DNA of 32,821 nucleotides from Toensbergia leucococca (Eukaryota): NCBI GenBank assembly GCA_022813965.1, contig JALDZS010000036.1, positions 124,001 to 156,821 of the forward strand, read 5' to 3'. Shown piece by piece: positions 20,780 to 31,384 of this stretch (position 1 is its first letter; each line of letters starts with the position of its first letter). The notes under the pieces were generated by a model. It saw only the letters and a program-made list of their open reading frames with translations, ran no database searches and was not told where the DNA came from. The position numbers and the translations under genes were made by a program.

Positions 20780-23041
20780 TCAACCCCCCATCACACCTTC
20801 CACCCTCTCGGGGATAAAGCTGGCATAGATCCTCTCCGCCGCCCGCGCATCGCCTTCCCTCCCATCGAACCGCAATGCCCTGCGCAATTTATCAACCACG
20901 TGCACCATTTCCATCCCCCCAAGCTGTGCCCCTTGCCCACCAAAATTCTCCTCCGGCGCGCCCCCACCCCCACCCCCAACAAATCCTTTCCTCGCCAACT
21001 CCGCCGCCTCCCACAACCAGGTAGCGCTGTTGCGCCAATTACCGAGTTGTTCCTCGATCTTTGCCAGATTCTCCAGGGCGTAGAGAGTGCGGGGGTCGGA
21101 GTATTCGTGGCCTTGAAAATAGAAGGGGAGGTGGTTTTAGTGTTTTTTGGTTTTTTTGTTTTTGAAAAGATGGGGGATAAGAGTATGCGTGATCTGGTAA
21201 AGATACGAGCGAGGGATGGGTAAAAGGGGGGGGAAAAGATGAAATAATGGGCAAGAGGAGGTGATGGGGGGAAGAAGGGGGTAAGGAGGGGTTGAAAGGA
21301 GATAGAAGAGGGTAGAAGAGGGTAGAAGCGAGTTAATGGGGTCAAGGGCATAGAAGGGTAAAAAATGATTGTATTGATGGGGTAAAATGGGAGTAAAGCG
21401 CACCAATCATCCCCCCATCCCAGCTCACCGCCCTCCCAACACATATCATACAAAGCTCCTTCGCCTCATTGAGCTGGCCCGTATCCATATAGACGTGTGC
21501 GAGTTCCTGTGCTGCCTCTCTAGTACGCCTACAATCGGGGTCCGGCGCTGACCTTGTGATAGAAAACAGCGTCCTCGCTTTCCTCGCCGCATCATCCAAA
21601 CACCCATCCCTGCGAAGAAGCGCAATGATAGCGCGCTCCGTCTGGAACGCCAGTGAATCATGCGCCAGCACTAGCGAAGAATGGAGACAAGAGAGCGCGG
21701 TCTCGGTCGCGTGACGCGTATCGTTGTCGAAGAGCATCTGGTGGCAGATCGTTGCAAGGAGGTGTTGGGGGCCGAGGGCCGTGGAGAGGAGGGTGTGGAG
21801 ATGGGTGAGCAATTTGAGGCGGATGGGAGGGTTGCGGCGGAAGTTGATGGGGGAGAAGGAGGCGAGGAGGCGTTGGAGAAAATCGAGGGAGGGCGTTGTG
21901 AGGAGGATGGTTGGGTGGAGGGAGAGGAGGTGTGAGAGGAGGGAGGTGGCATGGGGGAGGTCGTTGATTTTGTAGAGGTAAATGCAGTTGTTGAGGGTTT
22001 GCCAGAAGATTTTGAGCGTCAAGGGTTCTGAAGCTGGATGGGTGAGCTGGGTTATTTCTGTGGAAGATGAAGCTGTTGTTTGGAACGACCATTCGGCAAA
22101 GTCACGGACGCATCTCAAGAATAGGCTTAGGTTCAGTGCCTTGGGGTCTGCTGTTGGCTGGGGTGAGATTGATTGAGAGGATCCTGCGCATAGTAAAAGG
22201 AGTTCATGATCCCAGTAGGTGTTTAAGAGATACGGGATGGTGGCATCATTTTTGCGCGTTTGACTCAAGCCTCGATCTGTGGGGAGGCGAGGAGCTTGGA
22301 GGCTGGTTCCAGAAGAGTATTGCGAGTTGGCTAATGCTTGATAAGCCGAACAGTCTTCACTGCTGAGTGAGTCCACACAGTTCGAGGATGCTGTATTGCT
22401 GACGACTGAATCGCTGAATGGAGTGGTGACTCTAATATTCTCAGCCTCCAGCTCAGATTGGGCCCTCGATCTGCCTCGACGCTGGTGCTCTTGGTCCTGT
22501 TGTTTCATTTGGGTGTACTTGTGTCGTCTAAGTCTCCGATTCAAGTTGGTGATGGTATTCCCACCGCTGAAGGCATCCTCGCCGACTCTGATCCGACGAA
22601 GCGTTTCTTCCCTTTGCTCGAAACTGAGATTCTTGCTGACCCCCCATTTCTTAAAGCGGGTCTCGTACTCACGTTTGCTAGAGATGGGTTAAAGCTGCAG
22701 GTGGATGGTAGTGATGTGCATGAACAGCTAAGAGCGATATGCAATCTAGAAATGACCAAAAGTACCGACCCAGATAAGAAATTCCTACGTCCTCGGGCTT
22801 CTTAATACAATCATGTTGGTGGAAACGAAATATGAATATTCATGGGTTGGAATTTAGTAGCGAGGGTCAAAATACCTTACCTAGCGACAAACCCATGCTC
22901 CTGGGTCATTATGTGCTGTACATCTTTGAGTGGCAACTGTTGTGCAGTGTACAATGTGATGATTTTTTCTTTGTGCCGTATCCATGTTTCAGGAGACGGT
23001 CTTGGCTGTAGGTGGTTTGAGGCAAGAGTAGAGGCATCCAT
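20780..23041 (-). CDS. Clr5-domain protein with C-terminal TPR-like helical repeats, 3 exons (22881-23041, 21404-22677, 20780-21111), ~588 aa
   Basis: The spliced N-terminus WIRHKEKIITLYTAQQLPLKDVQHIMTQEHGFVA|SKREYETRFKKWGVSKNL fits the fungal Clr5 domain pattern. The C-terminal LAHVYMDTGQLNEAKELC and TLYALENLAKIEEQLGNWRNSATWLWEAAELA segments look TPR-like. The last intron (GTGCGC...CAAG) is inferred from frame restoration. Confidence 0.8.
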
Positions 23042-23828
23042 ACTAGGAGAATAAGAAGAAAGCAGGATGATTCAGAGAGCCGGCTGATAAGTTATCCATC
23101 ATCACATTCGAAGGCCTTGAGTGTTTTCGACCAAGTCCTGATGCTTTGTGTTCGCCGACGGTTTTTCTTGGCACAGCTGAACATTTAATGTCGAGATTCT
23201 ATGGCTACAATTATCTCAATCATCAGAAGCCGCTAAACATTCAGCGGAAAGATGGAAAGATTGTAAGTTTTTTCTCAATGCAAACATGTATCTCTACATG
23301 CGATACGGATAAAAATAAGATAGATTAGCTGATTGCGTGCCGCCAGCGCAGCCTCAGCCCTGTTTAGTGGCGATGTTGTATGCATGGGACGGTACCTGCC
23401 TCCTGCCTACCTTATGCATGAGATCATGGATGGCCAAAAGCACCGCCAAGACCTCGGCCCATGACGCTAAGGTATCCAAAAGCACCAACCGAGAATAGAC
23501 GGAACCAACCAAGTTCTCCCGGCAACCTTAAAGCATCCAAACTTCAGATTTAAGCCGCTTTTTGAAACAAGATCGCCTCAGCTATCCATCAGCCCTCTCA
23601 ATTTCGACTAGGTATGCCGTGGACGATCAGCATAAGACGTCGTCCATGGCTTGGTAAAAGGTTCCTGCTTTTCCTTTCTCCTTCATCCTTTCTTCAATCC
23701 GACAAAGTAATCAACTCCTTCACTGCCTGCTCCAGATCGCACCATTCCCTCGACCTTAAAAGCTTTCGAAACCTCGAATAGCCTTTAATTGCCATTATCG
23801 AATCCAATTCCGCCTTACTGACTTCGAG

Positions 23829-24529
23829 ATGGCAAACAACACCACATGGCAGGTCTTACATTACCTGGTCATAGTCGTTCATCTGATCATGTTCATCGCT
23901 GGCGTAGCCACATATGCCAGCAACAGCCAGAATTTGAGCTGGAATGACGTGGCTAGTATAGGCAATGCAGATGCGGATCTTAATGCGAAGGAAATATCCT
24001 GGGCAGTTGGCGGTGTTGTAAGTTCCCGGCCTCCGCCGCCCGACCGCCATTCTCAATTTGTGCCAATACTCATAAATTTTTTTATCCAGGGCATCGCTGG
24101 CCTTATAGGCACAGCCGTCGTCTTCTGGCGCCTCCTCTATCTTCAGCGTGCGTCGCCAGAGGGGATCACACAAGAAGCGTGGTACCTCAAGCGCAAGATC
24201 GCCTACATATCCAGCATAATCCTACTGGGCTGCCTCGTCATTGCTGATATCGCAAGCGGAGCTGCTGTTGCGACAAAGGTTTCTGACTTTGGGGATTTGG
24301 CTGCGCCGGTGGCATTTGCGTTTATTGCTGCGTGAGTATTCATCGTAGCCATGATTTGAAAGGAATATTTCGCTGATGGCTGTTTTCACACAGTATTATT
24401 TCACTGGCGACCTTGGTTACTGATAGCTTGCAACTCCGGGAGTATAGTCAACAAAGACATAGCGAAGGGAATGGTGCGATCGAGGAGGTTGAGATGCCGA
24501 AAGGCGGGTACGGATTGAGTGGTGTTTGA
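23829..24529 (+). CDS. Small four-TM membrane protein (MARVEL-like topology), 3 exons (23829-24017, 24090-24331, 24394-24529), 188 aa
   Basis: Introns are GTAAGT..CAG and GTGAGT..GCTGAT..CAG. Four hydrophobic segments: VLHYLVIVVHLIMFIAGVATYA; WAVGGVGIAGLIGTAVVFW; IAYISSIILLGCLVIADIASGAAVA; LAAPVAFAFIAAIISLATLV. The tail is polar. The family was not recognised. Confidence 0.78.
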
Positions 24530-25167
24530 TCAATCTATCGCCGAGTAGATTGGTTGCTTTCCTGATCGCGATCAGACGGGAATAGATGAAATGGAAGAAG
24601 CAAGATGGCAAGGGCTTGGTAGAGTGTATCTTTGAGATTGTACCATTCTTGTTCAAGCAGATAGACACAGTCACTCCAATAATTTAATCTTATTATTCTT
24701 ATGCTTTGCTTTGAAGTGTGGTACCGTTGGTAGCAACAGCAGCGGCAAATCAACATGGTCGTGCCACATGAAAGCTAAGTAAGGCTCGTAGGCAGTAAAA
24801 TGTAAAATGTACCGGCAGTGCCTCTGGTAGAATAAGGCTGCATATGCAAGTCTCGCTAGTGAGCGAGGGACGATGTGCACGAGAGCAATAGTCGGTCAGC
24901 ACTCCAGGTTGTTTTAATTCATTGGTTATCCAAGACTTGCCGGACCATCCATTTCCATTTTCATTTCCATTTCAGCTGGCTGTAGCATTGTTACACGACG
25001 AGGGAAGTCTTTATAACTCATGGTCTAGATTCTGATTCTCCTAGAGATCTTTCAGCACTACAGCTGCAGCTGTTATCTGCCTTCACCCCCATGTTGCATA
25101 TCCTTCCTTCTTGGAGAAGAATTAATACCGATTCATCCCGAGTGAGGCTGTTTTTCTTCACCTAATC

Positions 25168-27401
25168 ATGGGATACGACTTCTGCAAGTTGAGAAAGAAT
25201 CACGACGCATTACACGAGTGCAATGGCTGTCAAGTCATCGGATCCATGTTCGAGAAGAGGCGGGACATCGAAAGCAAGAGGTCAAACAATTCACGAGCCC
25301 TGAAAGCGGTTTTTCACAAAAATCTCGAAGAGCTGAGGATATGCGCCAATAAATGTGCTACATGTCGAGTCTTGTACAGAGCGATTTGGTTGCGCCAGAT
25401 CACAAAGGAGGAAGCTGATAGGCTTCAGAGTTTGCCAGGTCTGTGATATCAAATCTTCAATTACTCGGTTCCAAAGATTGTGCTTCTAGAAGGATTGGCA
25501 TATTATCCACATATTCTGTTCATTCCAAGAAAGGCAATACTAACTCGAAGATCTTTTTAGGTCACATCTGGGCGCAGCTACCGCTTTGGCAATCGGGCTT
25601 AGCCAGCGACTTCAATCCAGATCTGTTGACAGTTGGCGTTGGAGACACACTGGAAGCCCATACGATCGCGGAAATATCATGCATGCGCCAGCAGGGTATA
25701 CCTCCCGTCAATCTCCATGCTGAACGTACGCACAGCGCCGTGAATGCTGAGGTCAATGGCTGGTTGAGAATCTGTCATGAGACACACACTGAATGCAGGA
25801 ATCTTGGTAGATCTCGGCGCAATCCAAATAACCTCATTTTCATCAATCCCACTTCGGGAATGCTCCGATTAGTTGAGGGCTCAAAGCTCGTCCATGTTCC
25901 CTACGTTGCTCTGAGCTATACCTGGGGGTTGGAACTTGCCACCGAGGATGAGAAAGCGAATATCAAGGCTGCCGCAACCAAGGAAAATAATTCGCACCAG
26001 AGAAGGGAAGGCTTTCCTATGGCAGGTCTCCCAGAAACAATCCTTGATGCCATCAGATTGACACTCAGTCTTGGTCTGCGATACATTTGGATCGATGACA
26101 TTTGTATTGTGCCACCCACCGATTGGAATGAGGAAGCATCGAGGATGGATGAAGTCTATGGCAATTCGTATGTGACGCTTGCCACTTGTTCGAGTATGAA
26201 AGCCACAGAGCAGATACCGTACTTCAGGGAAGCTTGGCGATATAAGACTGGTGCTTGCAGATTGTATTCCGGGCACTGGCTGGCAAATGTCGACATGCCC
26301 CTGAACGAGATTCGCCTACGCTCGACTCTATTCACGCGAGCCTGGACGTTACAGGAGGAGCGTTTGACCCCTCGAATGCTCTATGTGTGTGGCCAGAGGA
26401 TGTATTGGTCATGTTCGATCTCCCAACATACTGAGACCGGACAAAATGGCAAGCTCCCACCATTGCACGGTCCAGACAGGTTTGCCTGGATGCGACATCC
26501 TCAGAGCTTTTTGCGAGCTTGTCGGAGGCAGGATTTGGCGGCGCTTCATGAACAATGGCTGGAACTTGTTAAAGCCTATGTGAAGCGCAATATATTCAGG
26601 AGTTCCGATCGCTTTCCAGCAATTTCGGGTCTGGCTGTTCAGTACCTTGGCCCATTTACAGATGAGAACGAGGAAGTAAGGGGGCAGGAATATCTGGCCG
26701 GCCTCTGGCGCCATACTTTTGCACAGGATCTTTCTTGGTCGGTCCAAGCCCCAGGCGCACCGGAGCGCAGACTTGATTCCGTAGCACCCACGTGGTCTTG
26801 GGCTTCTATCCCAGTATGCTCCGACATTGCAACACAGAATATGGTAGAACCGACGAGTGACTTTGCGCTGCTGGAAAACTCGCGGCTTGGTTCTGGTGGT
26901 GATTTAGACAAAGCCTCCAAAGTAGTCACAAGAGGGGCTGAGATCAAATCTGTCATGGTCCGCGGTCGATTTCGGCGCCTTTTGGCCAAAGCGTCGACGG
27001 AGAGAGAATGGAGTTCGATCGTACCTCGGCACAATGCAAAAGGAGAGTTCGATTTCTCAAGCTGCATCTCTGAGTTTATTCATGCCCAAAACCCCAGCAC
27101 CGGTCAGCTGGTGGCATATGAGCCCCACAAGCAAGAAGTTGTTACGCAGCTAGACTATCTCCTGCCAGAGAAAAGGCACTGGAATTCACCAGATATCTTT
27201 TCAGGCATTGACTTGAAAGAGTTGGCATGCCTTCAGATTGGAAGATCGTCGATGTTATTGCTCAGACAATATCGAACACGGGGAGATTATGGATACCAGG
27301 ATGAATACTCATCTTCCAAATACCAGCGAGTGGGAATCTGCAACTCGGTCCACGACTCGTTCTTCGTTGCGGCACCGCTGGAAACGGTTGTTCTCGTCTG
27401 A
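25168..27401 (+). CDS. Heterokaryon-incompatibility (HET, PF06985-type) domain protein, 2 exons (25168-25438, 25561-27401), 703 aa
   Basis: The intron has a TACTAAC branch site and a TAG acceptor. HET blocks: YVALSYTWG, LPETILDAIRLTLSLGLRYIWIDDICI, DWNEEASRMDEVYGNSYVTLA, LFTRAWTLQEERL. Downstream: SDRFPAISGLA, YLAGLW, APTWSWAS. Confidence 0.93.
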
Positions 27402-29747
27402 AAAGACTAGTGGCTATCACTCCACTAGTATCAGTCCATGAAAAAAAATGGTTGATGAAGAGCTTTGCATGGCAATTTCTGGCCTGTCTGAGCCTTAAAT
27501 CATTGTCAAATTGATCGTACCAAGAGTGGAATGCGTAGTTGCCAAGCATGGCATACACTTCCCATGGGCTCACGTTGGACTCCTGTTCGAGGATCCGAGG
27601 GACTATTTCAGCATGACGAAGGTTGAAGTGACTTTTTTACCTTCCCCAAGCTTTATTCTATCTCTTCTGAGCTGTAATTTGTCTCTGTAGTAATGTGCAT
27701 TTTCCTTTTCGTCTGTTAAATTACCGTCCTTCGTCTCTAGTCCCTCGTCTTTGAACCATCTGATTTTCCAGAGTTTCGTCCTATCCCTCGATATTCTCTA
27801 GATCATTGCAGCTAGCTTTCTCATACTCGCCACAGTAGCGTTACAGCCTGCTTCGGCCTATGTATACGGGCTGCCAGTCATGACCATAGCTACAACAGAG
27901 ACGCTAGCGAAGTGGATTCGATCCAAGGATTCTACACGGGCGAGACAGAACTTTCTGAATAAATGTCTCACAGATATCAGGGCAATATCTTTGTTGTGCC
28001 GCCGCCGAAGACATAATACTAGTAGCCAGGCGACAGAGTATTCTCGTTGAGTAAATTCATTTGACCTCTGCTAGGACGGTGATGTTGTTGTGGACACAGG
28101 AGATGTGACAAAAAATTTCCTTTAGGATAAAAACCGTCGAACGAGCATTGTCGACATCTGGAATCACTCTCCATTGCTTTGACTGATAAATAGTGGGAGA
28201 TCGACGAGGATTCCGATGCCTGGTCGGAGCCTATATCCTTCGGGCTCGCTTCGATGAAATGCCAGTTTTCAAATCCGCGGGTTCTTAATTTAACAAACTT
28301 TACCATTGCATAATCCGATGTGGCTGTTCTTCTCCACACTAGCAAAGGGATTCAGCGCTATCGCTGTCGAACTTCAGATGAACGTCTGCATCCTAGGATC
28401 ACGTAATACTATCGGGTCAAAGAGGTCTGCAGCTCAGCTTCTTCATGTGCAAAGGCTACATCAGGGGCTTCAAAGACCTTACCACTACAGGTCATCCACC
28501 CGGCTACTACAATTACGACGAGAAGCTCATGGCTTTTTCTTTGGCGACGATAAAAACCCATACACAATAAAAGCGCTAGAGGAAGCTATTGAAGAGAATG
28601 GAGTTGAAAATGTTCTACTATGAGGATTGATTCGCTTATTGCCCTGGCTCACTTCAATGTTTCTAAAATGTTATTCAATGCAAACTTTTTGATCGCCTCG
28701 GACCACCTCCTTATCGGCTTCTTCCCGCTTCTCCGCGTTCGAAGTCATTGCTGTGAGACTCGGACCGGGTCAAAGCCGGCGGTATAGAAGACGACAAGGA
28801 ACAGGGAGTATTAGCTTGGGAGGGTAATGCCCCCAATGAGCTCAACGTGTATGGACTCACCGTCGAGCCAAAGGCCTGGAGCTCCCACGTATATGCAATT
28901 CAAAGCCAACGTCTTATCTTCTCTGACGACCTAGAGCTATGGATACCACCTATGCAAAATGACGCCAATCGATCTCCCATGTCTTTAATTCTTCGTTGGC
29001 ATTCGTCAGGTGACGATTCGAGATAGGAAAACCCTTGCGAATGTCCTTTTCGTCAATGATGGATTGTAGTTGGGACGGCTGAAAGGCTTTGCAGATCAGC
29101 GAGGCCATCTGACGTGACCTGCTTGTTCATTCTCCAAGAATTGAAGTATTTTCAATTATTGCAACACGATCTAGTCCCCCACTTCCTGCACTGAGATCCT
29201 GGACCACAGCGCAACTAATTGTTAGCTGCAGCTTCGTCGGGTAGAGTACTCGACGACTATTCGGGCAGATCTTGAAAGCCTGACGAACAATTGAGAGGAA
29301 GAAGATTCTAGGTCGAGCCGAAACTTTTGGCCATGCAATCGACTATGCACATCTTGTCGCAACTATCAGTATTTCATGCACGTTAAAAGCGGCTCGGCTA
29401 AGAAACTGAGTTGGCCAAAAGTCTACGCTCAAAAAAGAAAACCTCCTGGCGGGACGGAGACTGTCGGCCAAGGATAAATGACTACTTTGATTGGAGTAGT
29501 GTGGTTCTCCGATCTCACGATTGAGACGTGCATTGCATTAGCTCGGCCCTACTGTGCTTCTGCTACAGAATACCTACCTTGACTTAAGAAGACTGGGCAT
29601 GACCGAGCCTCTCATTTTTACCTCTCTTTTTGCTTAAATAAGACATGTTTATCCCGCAAGCTCCTTTCTTGAATCTTTCTTCCCCATTCTCAAGTCAATC
29701 ATCTGAATCAAGTTGAGTATATTGACTCTCGTCGCAACGCGCCCACC

Positions 29748-30186
29748 ATGAAACTCTCCATTGCTACGGTCCTAGCCTGCATTGCCATTGGCGTAATGCC
29801 AAATCCAGTCCCTAACCCCAACCACCTTTCGATCACCATTGACGTGTTTGATGGACTCGAAGCTCCACACCATGGTTCACCCAGCAGTATATTTCCATAT
29901 GCTAGCCCTGTACGCAATTGTCCCACTATTCTGACTTTTGGTGTAGCCTCCATCCAAAGTCTTGTCCCGCAGGCTTGCTTAACCAACGGAAGTAAAGCCC
30001 CCATGATTCTCTACCCCTCGCCTTCTTCCGCCGATCTTTGCTAAACCATGAGCAACAGAGGATTGCAAACAGCACTCTGATTGCTGTTCCGAATTCTGCG
30101 TCGCCGCTTGGATGGGAGCACAACCAACGTGTCAAAACTATGTAGACAGTCCGGACTATCCGGACGATCCGGGTTTCGGTACGTAG
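29748..30186 (+). CDS. Secreted cystine-knot (knottin/ICK) prepropeptide, 3 exons (29748-29886, 29947-29991, 30059-30186), 103 aa
   Basis: Signal peptide MKLSIATVLACIAIGVM. Introns are GTATAT..CTGAC..TAG (60 nt) and GTAAAG..GCTAAA..CAG (67 nt). The spliced product contains CLTNGKDCKQHSDCCSEFCVAAWMGAQPTC = C-x6-C-x5-CC-x3-C-x10-C. Confidence 0.8.
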
Positions 30187-30892
30187 GCTATTGTAGTAGC
30201 TTCTTCGTGGAGCACGGTGAGAGGCTGACAGTTGTGATGATGTAGCGTTGAAGAAGGGGGGAGAAAAGATGAAGGTGCAGCATGGAGGCTTGTGATGTCA
30301 GCGGCAGGTAGAGGTGATGGGAGAGTTATTTTGACATTTCTTGAAGGAAGCTGATGGCAATCGTTGACTTTGTTCTTACCGTCTCTCAGGGGAGCTGATG
30401 ACACTTGTTGACGGCTTTGTACTTAATTGTCTCTTCACTCATGAAAGCCATTCTTTTATTGCAGTGAGTAGAGTGAGTTTCAGTCTGACAATGTTTTAAA
30501 TCTTATCTATGATGCAGATCTACGGAGTCTGACATTGACAATTACCTGATTAGGCTTAGCTTCAATGATACACTCACTGGGTTTTTAGTGAGAGATTTTT
30601 TTCTTGAAATATAGGTGTGACTCTTTTGTGAATGTGATGTGACATTGTGAGGATTTTTAGCATGAGACTTCAGGTGTCAATGTATGAAGGTATGTGTCAC
30701 TGTATCATCTGTGTGATAGATTACAATAAATACACATCACGCTATCCGTATTCCAAGGTAGAATACTCCCTACCTACGGAGTACTCCCTCCCAACTAACA
30801 ACAACCCCGTACCAAACCCCCTCCTCACCCAAAACCCCCCCACCCAAATCACCACAACCCACAACCACCCAAAAAAAACCCTCCCCACAAAA

Positions 30893-31384
30893 ATGTCCAC
30901 CTCCACCCTCCTCGACCACCTCCAAACCCACCTAACCTACCTCCACGACCTCCTCCCCCCCTCCCTCCAGCACCACCTAACGGCCCTCCTATCCCGCGCC
31001 CACAAAGTCCTCCTAGCGCCCAAAACCCTCCGCTGCGCCATCGTCGTCCTCGTCTACTTCGCCATCCGGCCCTACCTGGTCCAGCTGGGCGCGCGGCTGC
31101 AGTCCAAGGATCATGATCGGGCGTTGGGGCGGAAGGAGGGGAGGGTTAATGCGTTGAGGGGTGGGAAGGAGGTGGAGGGGAAGGGAGAGGTGGGGGATAA
31201 GTGCGCTATGGGGGAGGGGGAGAAGGGAGTTGTGGAGGAAGGAGAGAGGAGGGTTGATGGTGGTGGAGGGGGGAGGGAGGGGAAGAAGGCGAGGAGGAGG
31301 AATGGGGGCGGGGAGTGGGTGAGGGAGGAGAGGAGGGTGCAGGATTTGTTGGAGTGGGCGGATTGGCCGCCTGAGGGGTTGTAG
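30893..31384 (+). CDS. PGA2: Pga2-family ER protein-trafficking protein, 163 aa
   Basis: A single TM in LRCAIVVLVYFAIRPYLVQLGARLQSKDH, followed by VNALRG and GKKARRR, matches the Pga2 pattern as I recall it. The ATG at 30893 is in a good A-rich context. Confidence 0.7.
   Translation: MSTSTLLDHLQTHLTYLHDLLPPSLQHHLTALLSRAHKVLLAPKTLRCAIVVLVYFAIRPYLVQLGARLQSKDHDRALGRKEGRVNALRGGKEVEGKGEVGDKCAMGEGEKGVVEEGERRVDGGGGGREGKKARRRNGGGEWVREERRVQDLLEWADWPPEGL

Noticed and set aside
20615..21453. Overlapping 202-aa (+) and 220-aa (-) ORFs
   Set aside because: Low-complexity products of the CT-rich intron and last exon of the Clr5 gene read in other frames.
30647..30892. N-terminal extension of the 245-aa ORF upstream of PGA2
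   Set aside because: It starts at GTG in CpG-decayed and low-complexity DNA. The ATG at 30893 fits the Pga2-like protein better.
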